A stretch of 48,782 bases of DNA from a virus. Taxonomy: Duplodnaviria > Caudoviricetes. The notes under the pieces were generated by a model that worked only from the letters and a program-made list of their open reading frames with translations, was not told the origin of the DNA and made no database searches. Position numbers and translations under genes: made by a program. Each line of letters begins with the position of its first letter. Within the stretch, counting starts at the first letter, position 1. Of this stretch, positions 1-8,147 are shown in pieces. Location: IMG/VR virus record IMGVR_UViG_3300037424_000640, positions 1 through 48,782 of that record; one strand, written 5' to 3'.

Positions 1-86
1 CATGCCGTACTCTGGGAATCGAGCCATGCCGTACTCAGGGAATCGAGCCATGCCGAACTCTGGGGATCGAGCCATGCCGTACTCTG
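1..86. repeat. Terminal overlap identical to 48697-48782 (circular assembly join)
   Basis: The 86 terminal bases match exactly. The join lies inside a tandem repeat, so the copy number is uncertain. Confidence 0.85.
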
Positions 87-234
87 GGGATCGAGCCATG
101 CCGTACTCTGGGAATCGAGCCATGCCGAACTCAGGGAATCGAGCCATGCCGTACTCAGGGAATCGAGCCATGCCGAACTCAGGGAATCGAGCCATGCCGT
201 ACTCTGGGAATCGAGCCATGCCGTACTCAGGGAT
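1..234 (+). repeat. 24-bp coding tandem repeat CATGCCG(T/A)ACTC(T/A)GGG(A/G)ATCGAGC, continuing from ~48652-48782
   Basis: About 10 units here with three variable positions; encodes HA(V/E)L(W/R)(E/G)SS in frame +1. Confidence 0.95.
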
Positions 235-690
235 TTCGGTTGTGTCCATTTAATTAGAGATACCGCAACAGTTAAAAAAATAAGTTCACTTGCAACCATT
301 ATAACAGTAAAATATCCATCAACAATGAGGGCATGGTGCAAATTAAAGGGAATCCGCATTAAAAATAATCGCATTAAATTATGGAAAACAACGGACGAAA
401 ACGGAAAAGATTTTTTTTCTGGAACAATTTTATATGATACCAATGGAGAAATAATTGATCCCAAATGGAATAAAAAATATAAAGAAGAATGCGGATATGG
501 TTTACATCTTGCGGATTGTCCTTCGTCAGCAAAAATATTTGCTAAAGGAAAATATCGCTTATTCCAAGTGTCAGCAGATATTAATGATTGCGTTTGTTTC
601 GGCGGTTCCCCGGATTATCCAATGAAAATAAGGGCGCAGGCTTGCAGGATAGTAAAGGAATATCCGGCTGATTATGGGGATTTAAAATGA
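1..690 (+). CDS. 3' part of junction-spanning protein: octapeptide (beta-helix-like) repeats plus DUF7666-like C-terminal domain
   Basis: Frame +1 is open from base 1 into the 325-690 ORF; contains CGYGLHLA...KIRAQACRIVKE. The start is at 48547. Confidence 0.8.
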   Translation, partial: HAVLWESSHAVLRESSHAELWGSSHAVLWGSSHAVLWESSHAELRESSHAVLRESSHAELRESSHAVLWESSHAVLRDFGCVHLIRDTATVKKISSLATIITVKYPSTMRAWCKLKGIRIKNNRIKLWKTTDENGKDFFSGTILYDTNGEIIDPKWNKKYKEECGYGLHLADCPSSAKIFAKGKYRLFQVSADINDCVCFGGSPDYPMKIRAQACRIVKEYPADYGDLK

Positions 691-893
691 AACCAAACGA
701 AATTATTTGCTCTGCCTGTGATGGTAATGGCTATTGTGGTGATGAAATATGTAAGTTGTGTCACGGTTCTGGGGTTATGACGAGGAAAAGACTAACGGAA
801 ATAACCGAAACCGAACAGGAATTGCCGAAACATTCACTAACGGTTGACGAATGGGTTTTGGAACAGCAAAGGAAAAGGGGGTTGATTAAATGA
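687..893 (+). CDS. Small DnaJ-type zinc-finger protein
   Basis: CSACDGNG and CKLCHGSG (CxxCxGxG twice); ATGA overlaps at both ends. Confidence 0.7.
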   Translation: MKPNEIICSACDGNGYCGDEICKLCHGSGVMTRKRLTEITETEQELPKHSLTVDEWVLEQQRKRGLIK

Positions 894-1585
894 AAACAAA
901 ATTACTTTGGAAAACAATACCGCAAGAATTCAAAAATCACGGCCACAAATGGGCTATGCGAAAATGGTTTCATGTTGACGGCGAAATGAAACTTTGCGAA
1001 AATGGTTTCCACGCGTCACCACGGATTATTGATGCCCTTGGTTATGTAAAACCTGGATGGGTTTGTTTGGTAAAAGTAAGGGGTGAGATAAAAACTGACG
1101 GCGATAAGTCTGTTTGCTCCGGCATGATGATTTTGCGCCGATGGGAATGGACAAAAGAAATGTCGGTAAAACTTGCAATTTATGCAGCAGAATTGGTATT
1201 GCCAATATTTGAAGCAAAATATCCCAACGACAAAAGACCAGCGGAAGCAATTGCCGCAGCAAAAAAATACTTGAAAAATCCAACCGCCTATGCCGCCTAT
1301 GCCGCCCATGCCGCCGCCAATGCCGCCGCCAATGCCGCCTCCTATGCCGCCAATGCCGCCGCCTATGCCGCCTATGCCGCCAATGCCGCCGCCCATGCCG
1401 CCTCCCATGCCGCCCATGCCGCCGCCCATGCCGCCGCCAATGCCGCCTCCTATGCCGCCAATGCCGCCGCCTATGCCGCCTATGCCGCCCATGCCGCCGC
1501 CAATGCCGCCTCCCATGCCGCCTATGCCGAAAAAATACTCGATAAAATCGAAAAGAAAATAAAACAGTTGATTGGTATAAAATGA
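890..1585 (+). CDS. DUF7666-like N-terminal domain plus Imm5-like helical domain with Ala-rich repeats
   Basis: LCENGFHAS motif; ELVLPIFEAKYPNDKRPAEAIAAAK followed by AAYAA/AANAA/AAHAA repeats. Confidence 0.75.
   Translation: MKTKLLWKTIPQEFKNHGHKWAMRKWFHVDGEMKLCENGFHASPRIIDALGYVKPGWVCLVKVRGEIKTDGDKSVCSGMMILRRWEWTKEMSVKLAIYAAELVLPIFEAKYPNDKRPAEAIAAAKKYLKNPTAYAAYAAHAAANAAANAASYAANAAAYAAYAANAAAHAASHAAHAAAHAAANAASYAANAAAYAAYAAHAAANAASHAAYAEKILDKIEKKIKQLIGIK
1284..1528 (+). repeat. Low-complexity GCC/ATGCCGCC coding repeat
   Basis: 9-12 bp degenerate units encoding Ala-rich repeats. Confidence 0.9.
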
Positions 1586-1761
1586 AACCAAAATACGAAC
1601 CGCCGCAATTTGTGGATTATAACAAAACATATTGCGGTTGCAATCACGGTAGTTGTGATGCATCGAGGGATTGCAAGTTTGGTGGCGCTCCGCAATCGGG
1701 TGTATGCCAAGCCGGTGCAGTGCCGAGTGCACATTGTTGCGTTGGTAGTGCGCCAAGATAG
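1582..1761 (+). CDS. 59-aa Cys-rich peptide resembling a RiPP precursor (not in ORF track)
   Basis: MKPKYEPPQFVDYNKTYCGCNHGSCDASRDCKFGGAPQSGVCQAGAVPSAHCCVGSAPR; ATGA-coupled to the upstream gene and fills the gap before recT. Confidence 0.7.
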   Translation: MKPKYEPPQFVDYNKTYCGCNHGSCDASRDCKFGGAPQSGVCQAGAVPSAHCCVGSAPR

Positions 1762-1789
1762 TTAATTAAATAAAAAGGAGAAATAAAAT

Positions 1790-2830
1790 ATGGGTGAAAA
1801 TTTAGTAAAGACCAAGGATGTTTTGGCGGTATGGGAAAACCTGCAAGATGTGAGGGCGCAATTTGCTCCAACATTAACAGAAAAAGAATTTTCGTTTTTT
1901 GTTACATTGGGCAAATCGTTTGGAGCCAATCCGTTTTTGCGTGAAATTTGGGCTGTGAAATATGATTCCAAATCTCCGGCAAGCATATTTCTTGGTAGAG
2001 ATATGTATCGGCGCAGGGCGCAAGAAATCCCAGAATATAATGGACACACGGTTCAGGCAATTTATGAAAAAGATAAATTTGAATTTGACATTGTGAACGA
2101 AATGCCCAAACACTCATATTCAAATTTTGGTGATCGTGGCAAGTTGTTGGGGGCATATTATATTGGGTGGAGCAAGCGTTCGGAGCATCCGTTTTATGTT
2201 TCGGTACGTTTTGACGAATACAATAACGGATTTGCCTTATGGAAAACCAAACCGGAAACTCAAATTAAAAAAGTTGCGGAAGCCCAAGGATTGCGAGGAC
2301 AGTATCAGGGTTATTTTGCCGGAACATATGATGAATCAGAACAATGGGCTGTTGAAAATAAGGGAAGTGCCAAGGGAAATATCCCCGATCCCCCACTATT
2401 AAAAAAACAGGAAAATCTAAATTCGGAAGATATTATTACAGTTACTGCTACCGAAGAACCAATCGTGTCACAAAACCAAGGCAATCCTACGCCAATCGTG
2501 TCACAAAACCAAGGCAATCCTACGCCAATCGTGTCACAAAACCAAGGCAATCCGGCACACGACCAGGAACCGCCAGCCGATTTCAAACTTGCTGGCGAAG
2601 AAGATGATAATAGCCTTGATGGTTTAAAATCCAAAATACGCAAATTGGCCGCACAAGCATTTCCGAATGAAAACTCTTTTGCCCTCTGGCTTAAAACTGC
2701 AACGACAAGCGAAGATGGCAAGTACAATGGCTATAACACGCTATCTTTTTGCAAGTCCATCGGTTCCGCAAAGGTGATTTACGGCAAGTTGCAAAAGTTG
2801 GTTGAAGAAAAGAAGAAAAGGGGGGAATAG
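1790..2830 (+). CDS. bet: RecT/Bet-family single-strand annealing recombinase
   Basis: GANPFLREIWAVKY and WKTKPETQIKKVAEAQGLR motifs; AAGGAG RBS. Confidence 0.85.
   Translation: MGENLVKTKDVLAVWENLQDVRAQFAPTLTEKEFSFFVTLGKSFGANPFLREIWAVKYDSKSPASIFLGRDMYRRRAQEIPEYNGHTVQAIYEKDKFEFDIVNEMPKHSYSNFGDRGKLLGAYYIGWSKRSEHPFYVSVRFDEYNNGFALWKTKPETQIKKVAEAQGLRGQYQGYFAGTYDESEQWAVENKGSAKGNIPDPPLLKKQENLNSEDIITVTATEEPIVSQNQGNPTPIVSQNQGNPTPIVSQNQGNPAHDQEPPADFKLAGEEDDNSLDGLKSKIRKLAAQAFPNENSFALWLKTATTSEDGKYNGYNTLSFCKSIGSAKVIYGKLQKLVEEKKKRGE
2459..2553 (+). repeat. 33-bp tandem repeat, ~3 copies (PIVSQNQGNPT), in the recombinase linker
   Basis: CCAATCGTGTCACAAAACCAAGGCAATCCTACG repeated exactly. Confidence 0.95.
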
Positions 2831-3291
2831 TGGAAATTGTAATCAATAAACAATTTGGAGGATTTAGCATTTCCGCATTGGCAGTAAAAAAACTTGCCGA
2901 ACTTGATGGTAGGGATTGTTATTTTTTTAAAAATAGTTGTATTGGTGGTGATGATAATTTTGAAGAAATAACATTGGAAGAAGCGGGAAAATGTTTTTTC
3001 TGGTTTGCGTTTTCGGTTAAAAATCCCGAAGATTATTTTCCAAAAGAAAAACGCGGCAAGGACGGATTTTTTACTGCATATAACAATGCTTGGGAAAAGA
3101 TAGGATTGGATAATAGGGAACTTGATAGGTCTAATAAAAATCTAATTAAAGTTATTCGTGAACTTGGCAAAAAAGCCAATGGGCCGTGTGCCAGTTTGAA
3201 AATAGTTAAAATTCCCGATGGCGTTGATTTTGAAATTGATGAATACGATGGTATGGAGAGCATACACGAAAAGCATAGGTCTTGGGGATAA
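2830..3291 (+). CDS. Conserved phage hypothetical protein
   Basis: IVINKQFGGFSIS...IDEYDGMESIHEKHRSW resembles a common phage family. Confidence 0.7.
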   Translation: MEIVINKQFGGFSISALAVKKLAELDGRDCYFFKNSCIGGDDNFEEITLEEAGKCFFWFAFSVKNPEDYFPKEKRGKDGFFTAYNNAWEKIGLDNRELDRSNKNLIKVIRELGKKANGPCASLKIVKIPDGVDFEIDEYDGMESIHEKHRSWG

Positions 3292-3292
3292 G

Positions 3293-3916
3293 ATGCTTGA
3301 ATTTAACTCTACCGATCACACCTACAAATGGGATGGGCGATTGGTTCCGTGCGTATCTGATTTTTTAAAACCATATATGGATTTTTCTAAAATTCCCAAA
3401 CAAAAACTGGAAGATAAGCAGAAATTTGGAACCTCCGTCCATTCCTATCTTGAAGCATTTGATAAAAACGAATTGGATATGGACAATCTGACGGTAGATG
3501 AAACCGGAGAAACGGATATTGTTGCAATCATAAAGTCATGGGAAGAATTTTTTGAACCATACAAATTTCGCCCCGATAGTCCAGAAATGATTGCCATTGA
3601 AAAACCATTATATTCAACCAATTATCGTTTTGCCGGAACACCAGACCGCATATTATATCAAAGTAACACTATCATTGAAATTAAAACATCCAAACCTCAA
3701 AAAGCGACTGGAATTCAGCTTGCTTTTTATTCAATACTGGCAATTCACAACAAATTAGTTTGTCGCCCATCGTTTAGTGGGCAAGTTGAAGATTCAACGT
3801 TAATTTCATGGCACGTTGACGAACACGGTAAGTATGAGGTGAAACGCCACGATTTTAGGGAATGTTGGAACCAAGCGCAATGTCTTATGTCTAATTATAA
3901 TTACTTTAAGAAGTAA
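3293..3916 (+). CDS. PD-(D/E)XK exonuclease (recombination partner of Bet)
   Basis: HTYKWDG..VPCVS, GTSVH, FAGTPDRI, IIEIKT and QLAFY motifs. Confidence 0.8.
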   Translation: MLEFNSTDHTYKWDGRLVPCVSDFLKPYMDFSKIPKQKLEDKQKFGTSVHSYLEAFDKNELDMDNLTVDETGETDIVAIIKSWEEFFEPYKFRPDSPEMIAIEKPLYSTNYRFAGTPDRILYQSNTIIEIKTSKPQKATGIQLAFYSILAIHNKLVCRPSFSGQVEDSTLISWHVDEHGKYEVKRHDFRECWNQAQCLMSNYNYFKK

Positions 3917-3919
3917 AAA

Positions 3920-4195
3920 ATGTTTAGAATAACACACCATCGGGGATTTCAAATTAAATTTGAAAATGGGTGGACGGTTTCGGTTCAATTTGGTGGAGGT
4001 ATGTATTGCCAAAATTATGACATGAGGATTGGAACTGAAAGAGAAACCGATATATTGGAATCGGAAGATGCGGAAATTGCCGCAATTGATAAAAATGGAG
4101 AGTTGCTTGAGTTACCCGGAGGCGATAGCGTTAAGGGTCGCGTTAAACCAAGCGAACTGTTGAATTTTATGAACGAAATAGCAAATAAGGAGTAA
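3920..4195 (+). CDS. Conserved phage hypothetical protein
   Basis: FENGWTVSVQFG motif; tight operon packing. Confidence 0.7.
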   Translation: MFRITHHRGFQIKFENGWTVSVQFGGGMYCQNYDMRIGTERETDILESEDAEIAAIDKNGELLELPGGDSVKGRVKPSELLNFMNEIANKE

Positions 4196-4197
4196 GC

Positions 4198-4956
4198 ATG
4201 GAAGAATCAAAAGCGATTGTGTTATCGTATGAAACCGGACTTGTTCCGGCAAGTAAAAAACAAGTAGTGATGGCGGTTGTAAAGCAATACCTTGATGAAT
4301 TTGACAAGGAATTGCCAGAACGGATTTCCGAATCAGCCTCTTTGAAAATCAAAAATCAAGAAGATCGGGAATTTGCAACCATCAAGCGTCAAGAAGCTGC
4401 CGCCGCCCTTGATGATATTGCCGAAAAGCGTAAGTCTTTTCTTGGGCCTCCCAAGAAAGATATTGTTGAAATCGAGGCGATGTTTAATAAAATCCAAAAG
4501 CAAATAACCACGATCAAAGAAAACTACAATTCCGAAATTGGCCGGTACTTTATGGAACAGAAACGGATTACGGCAGAGGCCGAGGCGAAGTTACGGGAAG
4601 AGTCCGAAAAACAGCGTTTACAGGCCCAAGAAGCGATTATCTCCCAAGCCATTGACCAGAACGATGAGAAATTACTTGCCGAGGCTGACAACGTATTTGT
4701 GCCGGATATTAAATTGGCCGAGCCTGAGCGATCAACCAAAACAGATTTTGGGTCAACTAATGTCAGAACAGAATTTGCCGTTGAGGTTACGGACAAAATG
4801 GCGCTCATTCGCCATGTGGCACAGGCAAATTTATTTTCCGGTTATTTGGAAGTCGATCTGGCGTATGCAAAGCGTGATATTAATAAAAACAATTGGAAAG
4901 ACATACCCGGACTTAAAATAACGGAAGTTCCAAAAGTAAGCGGGAGGTCAAAATGA
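4198..4956 (+). CDS. Coiled-coil protein of the recombination module (Gam/gp157-like)
   Basis: Long helical region and C-terminal IPGLKI; strong RBS. Confidence 0.6.
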   Translation: MEESKAIVLSYETGLVPASKKQVVMAVVKQYLDEFDKELPERISESASLKIKNQEDREFATIKRQEAAAALDDIAEKRKSFLGPPKKDIVEIEAMFNKIQKQITTIKENYNSEIGRYFMEQKRITAEAEAKLREESEKQRLQAQEAIISQAIDQNDEKLLAEADNVFVPDIKLAEPERSTKTDFGSTNVRTEFAVEVTDKMALIRHVAQANLFSGYLEVDLAYAKRDINKNNWKDIPGLKITEVPKVSGRSK

Positions 4957-5198
4957 CTATTGAAGCCGAAGTTTATCTTGATTGTGATGAGTGTGGAAAA
5001 ACAATCGATGACAGGGACGATGTTGTTTGTCGAAAGTGTTACGACAACGGTAATCAATCAAATCTTGAACTGTTAGAAAGATTACAACAATGGTTTATGG
5101 GGGCATCGATAAGAGATGTGGTAACAATACCGGCAATTGAGGCTTTTGAAATTAAACAAAAGATAGAATTTTTAATCCATGAATGGGAGGAAAAATGA
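4953..5198 (+). CDS. Zinc-finger hypothetical protein
   Basis: CDEC...CRKC; GGAGG RBS. Confidence 0.65.
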   Translation: MTIEAEVYLDCDECGKTIDDRDDVVCRKCYDNGNQSNLELLERLQQWFMGASIRDVVTIPAIEAFEIKQKIEFLIHEWEEK

Positions 5199-5539
5199 TA
5201 AAAATACCAATGGTGGATAGGTTTCTTTTCGGTGCGGATTCACCCGACATTGCCGAGCGCGTTATTAAATCACATAAGGAGCATAAAATGACTACAATTT
5301 GCCATGTGGCTAAACTGATTTCCGAAACACCTTGCAAAACTGGTGTTGCAAACTGGCGCATTGCCATAGCCGATCCGGAACACCAGATGTCCGGCACACA
5401 GAGGTTGCGGGAATTGGCGAAACGGTTTCTGTTATCAAACGTATATCACATATCGGCTTATTACTACGATCACAACCGTTACTATCCAACCGCCCCCTTC
5501 AAGCGTTTCTGCGCCAAGTTTGTCAGGGAACGGACATGA
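5195..5539 (+). CDS. Hypothetical protein
   Basis: GGAGG RBS and ATGA overlaps. Confidence 0.6.
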   Translation: MIKIPMVDRFLFGADSPDIAERVIKSHKEHKMTTICHVAKLISETPCKTGVANWRIAIADPEHQMSGTQRLRELAKRFLLSNVYHISAYYYDHNRYYPTAPFKRFCAKFVRERT

Positions 5540-5715
5540 AGCCATATTCCAGAATACCACGTGACCCGGAAACGATTAAGGTTTCACGTATGATCGCTAC
5601 AACCGACAGCGAACACGAAACGATGAAACTTGCGGCGCATGAACTTAAACTGCCGATTGGTCAGGCTATGGCGTTACTATCGCAGAATTATCTGGATGAA
5701 CTTAGTGTTGAATAA
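5536..5715 (+). CDS. Small ribbon-helix-helix-like DNA-binding protein
   Basis: MKPYSRIP...SRMIATTDSEHETMKLAAHELKLPIGQAM fits a strand-helix-helix pattern. Confidence 0.5.
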   Translation: MKPYSRIPRDPETIKVSRMIATTDSEHETMKLAAHELKLPIGQAMALLSQNYLDELSVE

Positions 5716-5731
5716 TTTTCCACTTTTACGC

Positions 5732-5759
5732 TTGACAAATGGAAAAATTATGCTATTAT
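5732..5759 (+). promoter_or_regulatory. sigma70-type promoter of the replication operon
   Basis: TTGACA-16 nt-TATTAT with an extended TG. Confidence 0.75.
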
Positions 5760-5766
5760 TGTGTCA

Positions 5767-5882
5767 TGCGGTATGGTAAAAACCTTGAAAAGACAAACAG
5801 AATTTAACGGCAGCCCCAGAGGTTTATCTTTATCCCAATCGGGACAAGGTATTTACCTACCGCAACTGGGGCTGTCTTTTTT
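5767..5882 (+). ncRNA. c4/CI-like antisense RNA or attenuator leader
   Basis: 5767-5787 is nearly perfectly complementary to 5845-5864; an 11-bp stem (5809-5819/5866-5876) is followed by a T run. Confidence 0.65.
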
Positions 5883-5891
5883 AGAGGATAA

Positions 5892-6152
5892 ATGATATAT
5901 TCAGAAAAGCTACGCGATCCGCGTGATCTTGAATATTTTATGATGCGCGCACTTTTAATTTATGACTTTAATTTAGTTTTAAACGAAATGGCCACTTTTT
6001 ATGATTTGAGAGTTTTGGAATGTAGAAAAACCCTATATTCCGACATTGAATATTTATTAAAAACATATTTGGATATTGAACCAATTGATGATTTTAAATT
6101 AATAGATGAGAGAATTAAAAGTCTTAAAATATTTTTAAAAATGGAACAATAA
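5892..6152 (+). CDS. Hypothetical protein, possibly an HNH-protein deletion remnant
   Basis: Starts YSEKLRDPR as many phage HNH proteins do, but has no Cys/His motifs. Confidence 0.55.
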   Translation: MIYSEKLRDPRDLEYFMMRALLIYDFNLVLNEMATFYDLRVLECRKTLYSDIEYLLKTYLDIEPIDDFKLIDERIKSLKIFLKMEQ

Positions 6153-6968
6153 ATGCCATTCGTAAAACTTGATTGCCATATTCTCGATAAATCAATATGG
6201 AGTGAGAGTGCGGAAATTAAAGTCGTGTGGATAACCATGCTTGCAATGGCAGATTCGGATGGAATTATTGAGGCGGCAATTCCGGGCATTGCCTCCAGAT
6301 CGAAAATTTCACTTGAATTAACAGAAAATGCAATAGAAAAGTTCCAACAGCCGGACAAATATTCGTCAGACCCATCAAATGAAGGGCGAAGAATTGAAAA
6401 AATAGATGGCGGTTATAAAATCTTAAATTGTCAGCAGTATCGGGACAAAGACTATACTGCCGCTGCCCGTCAAAGGAAGCATCGGGAACTGTCACGCGTG
6501 ACAAGCGTTACGTCACCCCGTACATATATGTCTTATGCTTCTGATGTATTATCTTATCTTAATCTTAAAACAGAAAAGAAATATAAGAATAACAAAGAAA
6601 TACTCAAGCGATTGGTTGATGGTCATACGGTTGATGAACTTAAATCAATAATTGATACCAAAATACACGATCCTCACTTTATTGAAAATCCGCAATACCT
6701 TAATCCGGTAACGCTTTTCAGAAAATGTCATATTGATAATTATTTAAATCAGAAACCGGAAGATTTTAAATCAAACAAAAAGCAATCTACCGCGTGGGGT
6801 GGAATTGCCGAAAATACAGATCAACCAAAACCCACCGTTGATAAAAAACAAAACCTGATAGATAAAATTAAAGCCTATGAAACCGCCGAGAAAGATATTG
6901 GATTGGATGAACCAAGCAAAAAACTTTTGGAAATTTGGAGAAACGAACTTGCCGATATTGGCAAATAG
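6153..6968 (+). CDS. Phage replication initiator protein (conserved phage C-terminal domain)
   Basis: N-terminal FVKLD..IL.KSIW HTH-like region; VLSYLNLKT...YLNPVTLFR...YLNQ (Phg_2220_C-like). Confidence 0.8.
   Translation: MPFVKLDCHILDKSIWSESAEIKVVWITMLAMADSDGIIEAAIPGIASRSKISLELTENAIEKFQQPDKYSSDPSNEGRRIEKIDGGYKILNCQQYRDKDYTAAARQRKHRELSRVTSVTSPRTYMSYASDVLSYLNLKTEKKYKNNKEILKRLVDGHTVDELKSIIDTKIHDPHFIENPQYLNPVTLFRKCHIDNYLNQKPEDFKSNKKQSTAWGGIAENTDQPKPTVDKKQNLIDKIKAYETAEKDIGLDEPSKKLLEIWRNELADIGK
6490..6600. other. Candidate lambda-like replication origin inside the initiator gene
   Basis: Perfect palindrome TGTCACGCGTGACA (6490-6503) and related half-sites, then an AT-rich TCTTA-repeat tract. 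Confidence 0.45.
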
Positions 6969-6979
6969 GAGGTCATGAT

Positions 6980-7240
6980 ATGCAAAGCATAATTTATGGC
7001 GCTACGGAATACGGTCTGAATGGAGGAATTGATGCCGATATTCATTACAGGGAAACGGGACACAAGATAAACCATTTCGGCAAAATAACAATTTGTGATA
7101 TTGATGCGAGAAATAAGTTTGCGGATTTTATAGAAACCTATAAATGTTCACAATGTAATTTTGTCAGTTCAGGTGGAGAGAGAAGAATGATATTGGAGAT
7201 GAAGTCCAAATTTCCAGGGAGGGAAAATGAGCGAGGTTAA
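6980..7240 (+). CDS. Hypothetical protein
   Basis: AGGAGG RBS; operon packing. Confidence 0.55.
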   Translation: MQSIIYGATEYGLNGGIDADIHYRETGHKINHFGKITICDIDARNKFADFIETYKCSQCNFVSSGGERRMILEMKSKFPGRENERG

Positions 7241-7475
7241 ATTATATCAACCTTCAAATGGAACCGATGGTGACTATTTTATGGCTGAGTTTTGCGAAAA
7301 CTGTTACCATGATGGCCTTGATAAGGACAGTCCAGAAGGCAGTTGTCCGATACTTGCCGCAACATTTTATTTGGATATTAAGGATAACAGATACCCGAAT
7401 CAATGGCGATACATAGACAGCAAGCCAACCTGTATTGCTTTTTTTGAGCGGGAGGGACGCAGAGGTCACTCATGA
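7227..7475 (+). CDS. Conserved Cys-containing phage protein
   Basis: YQPSNGTDG...FCENC...CPIL...PNQW...PTCIAF. Confidence 0.7.
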   Translation: MSEVKLYQPSNGTDGDYFMAEFCENCYHDGLDKDSPEGSCPILAATFYLDIKDNRYPNQWRYIDSKPTCIAFFEREGRRGHS

Positions 7476-7831
7476 ATAACATAACGATATTGATATGTGA
7501 TAAACTTGGGTGGACAATAAGTGAAATTAACGGGGCCGATGTCGTATATGATGCAAATGATAATTTTATTTGCGATAACCCCGACTTCCGCACTTCCCCG
7601 CAACTTGCCAAACTCCTCCAGGCCAAGATGGTCGAGGATGGGTGGCGTATTATAATTGAACAGTATTCCCCGGATAAATTTCGTGCAATTGCATGGCAAG
7701 AAATTTGGGAGGGTAAAGTGTTTATTACCCAAATTGAACATCAAACAAAAATAATTCCCACCGAACAACTTGCCATCGTTGCACTTTTTTGCAAAATTTA
7801 CGGGATTGAAAATGAAAAAACCCAAAGCTAA
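7472..7831 (+). CDS. Hypothetical protein (phage ABA-sandwich-like)
   Basis: ICDKLGW...PDFRTS...AIVALF pattern. Confidence 0.55.
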   Translation: MNNITILICDKLGWTISEINGADVVYDANDNFICDNPDFRTSPQLAKLLQAKMVEDGWRIIIEQYSPDKFRAIAWQEIWEGKVFITQIEHQTKIIPTEQLAIVALFCKIYGIENEKTQS

Positions 7832-8147
7832 TCCCCTACGGTCAAGGGTGCGCTCTGCCCTGCGTATGGTTTGGATGAGATCGCCAGAACGTGCGGCTGC
7901 TTTGAAACGCGATAATTACACTTGCCAAACTCCGGGTTGCAATAAAAAACAAAGCAAGGCTAAAGGCCGGGAAATAAAAGTTCAAGTGCATCACATCGAG
8001 GGAATTTTTGATTGGAAGGAAGTACTTGATTTTATTTTGGCATCTGGTTTATTTTGCGATATGAAATTCTTGATAACTCACTGTGAAGAATGTCACAAAA
8101 AAGAGAAACGGAAAAATAATAGGGAGGTGAAAAATGAGCGAAAGTAA
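7812..8147 (+). CDS. HNH endonuclease
   Basis: ALKRDNYTCQTPGC...VHH...CEECHKK. Confidence 0.8.
   Translation: MKKPKANPLRSRVRSALRMVWMRSPERAAALKRDNYTCQTPGCNKKQSKAKGREIKVQVHHIEGIFDWKEVLDFILASGLFCDMKFLITHCEECHKKEKRKNNREVKNERK

Noticed and set aside
1-253. 24-bp repeats as a CRISPR array, and the MPYSGNRA ORF (2-253) with its antisense counterpart (48145-48771)
   Set aside because: There are no spacers or cas genes. The coding frame is +1, continuous with the RBS-bearing ATG at 48547 and the 325-690 ORF.
1016-1756. Poly-Gly (1016-1756, minus) and poly-Pro/Met (1290-1562) ORFs
   Set aside because: These are shadow frames of the GCC-rich Ala repeat in 890-1585.
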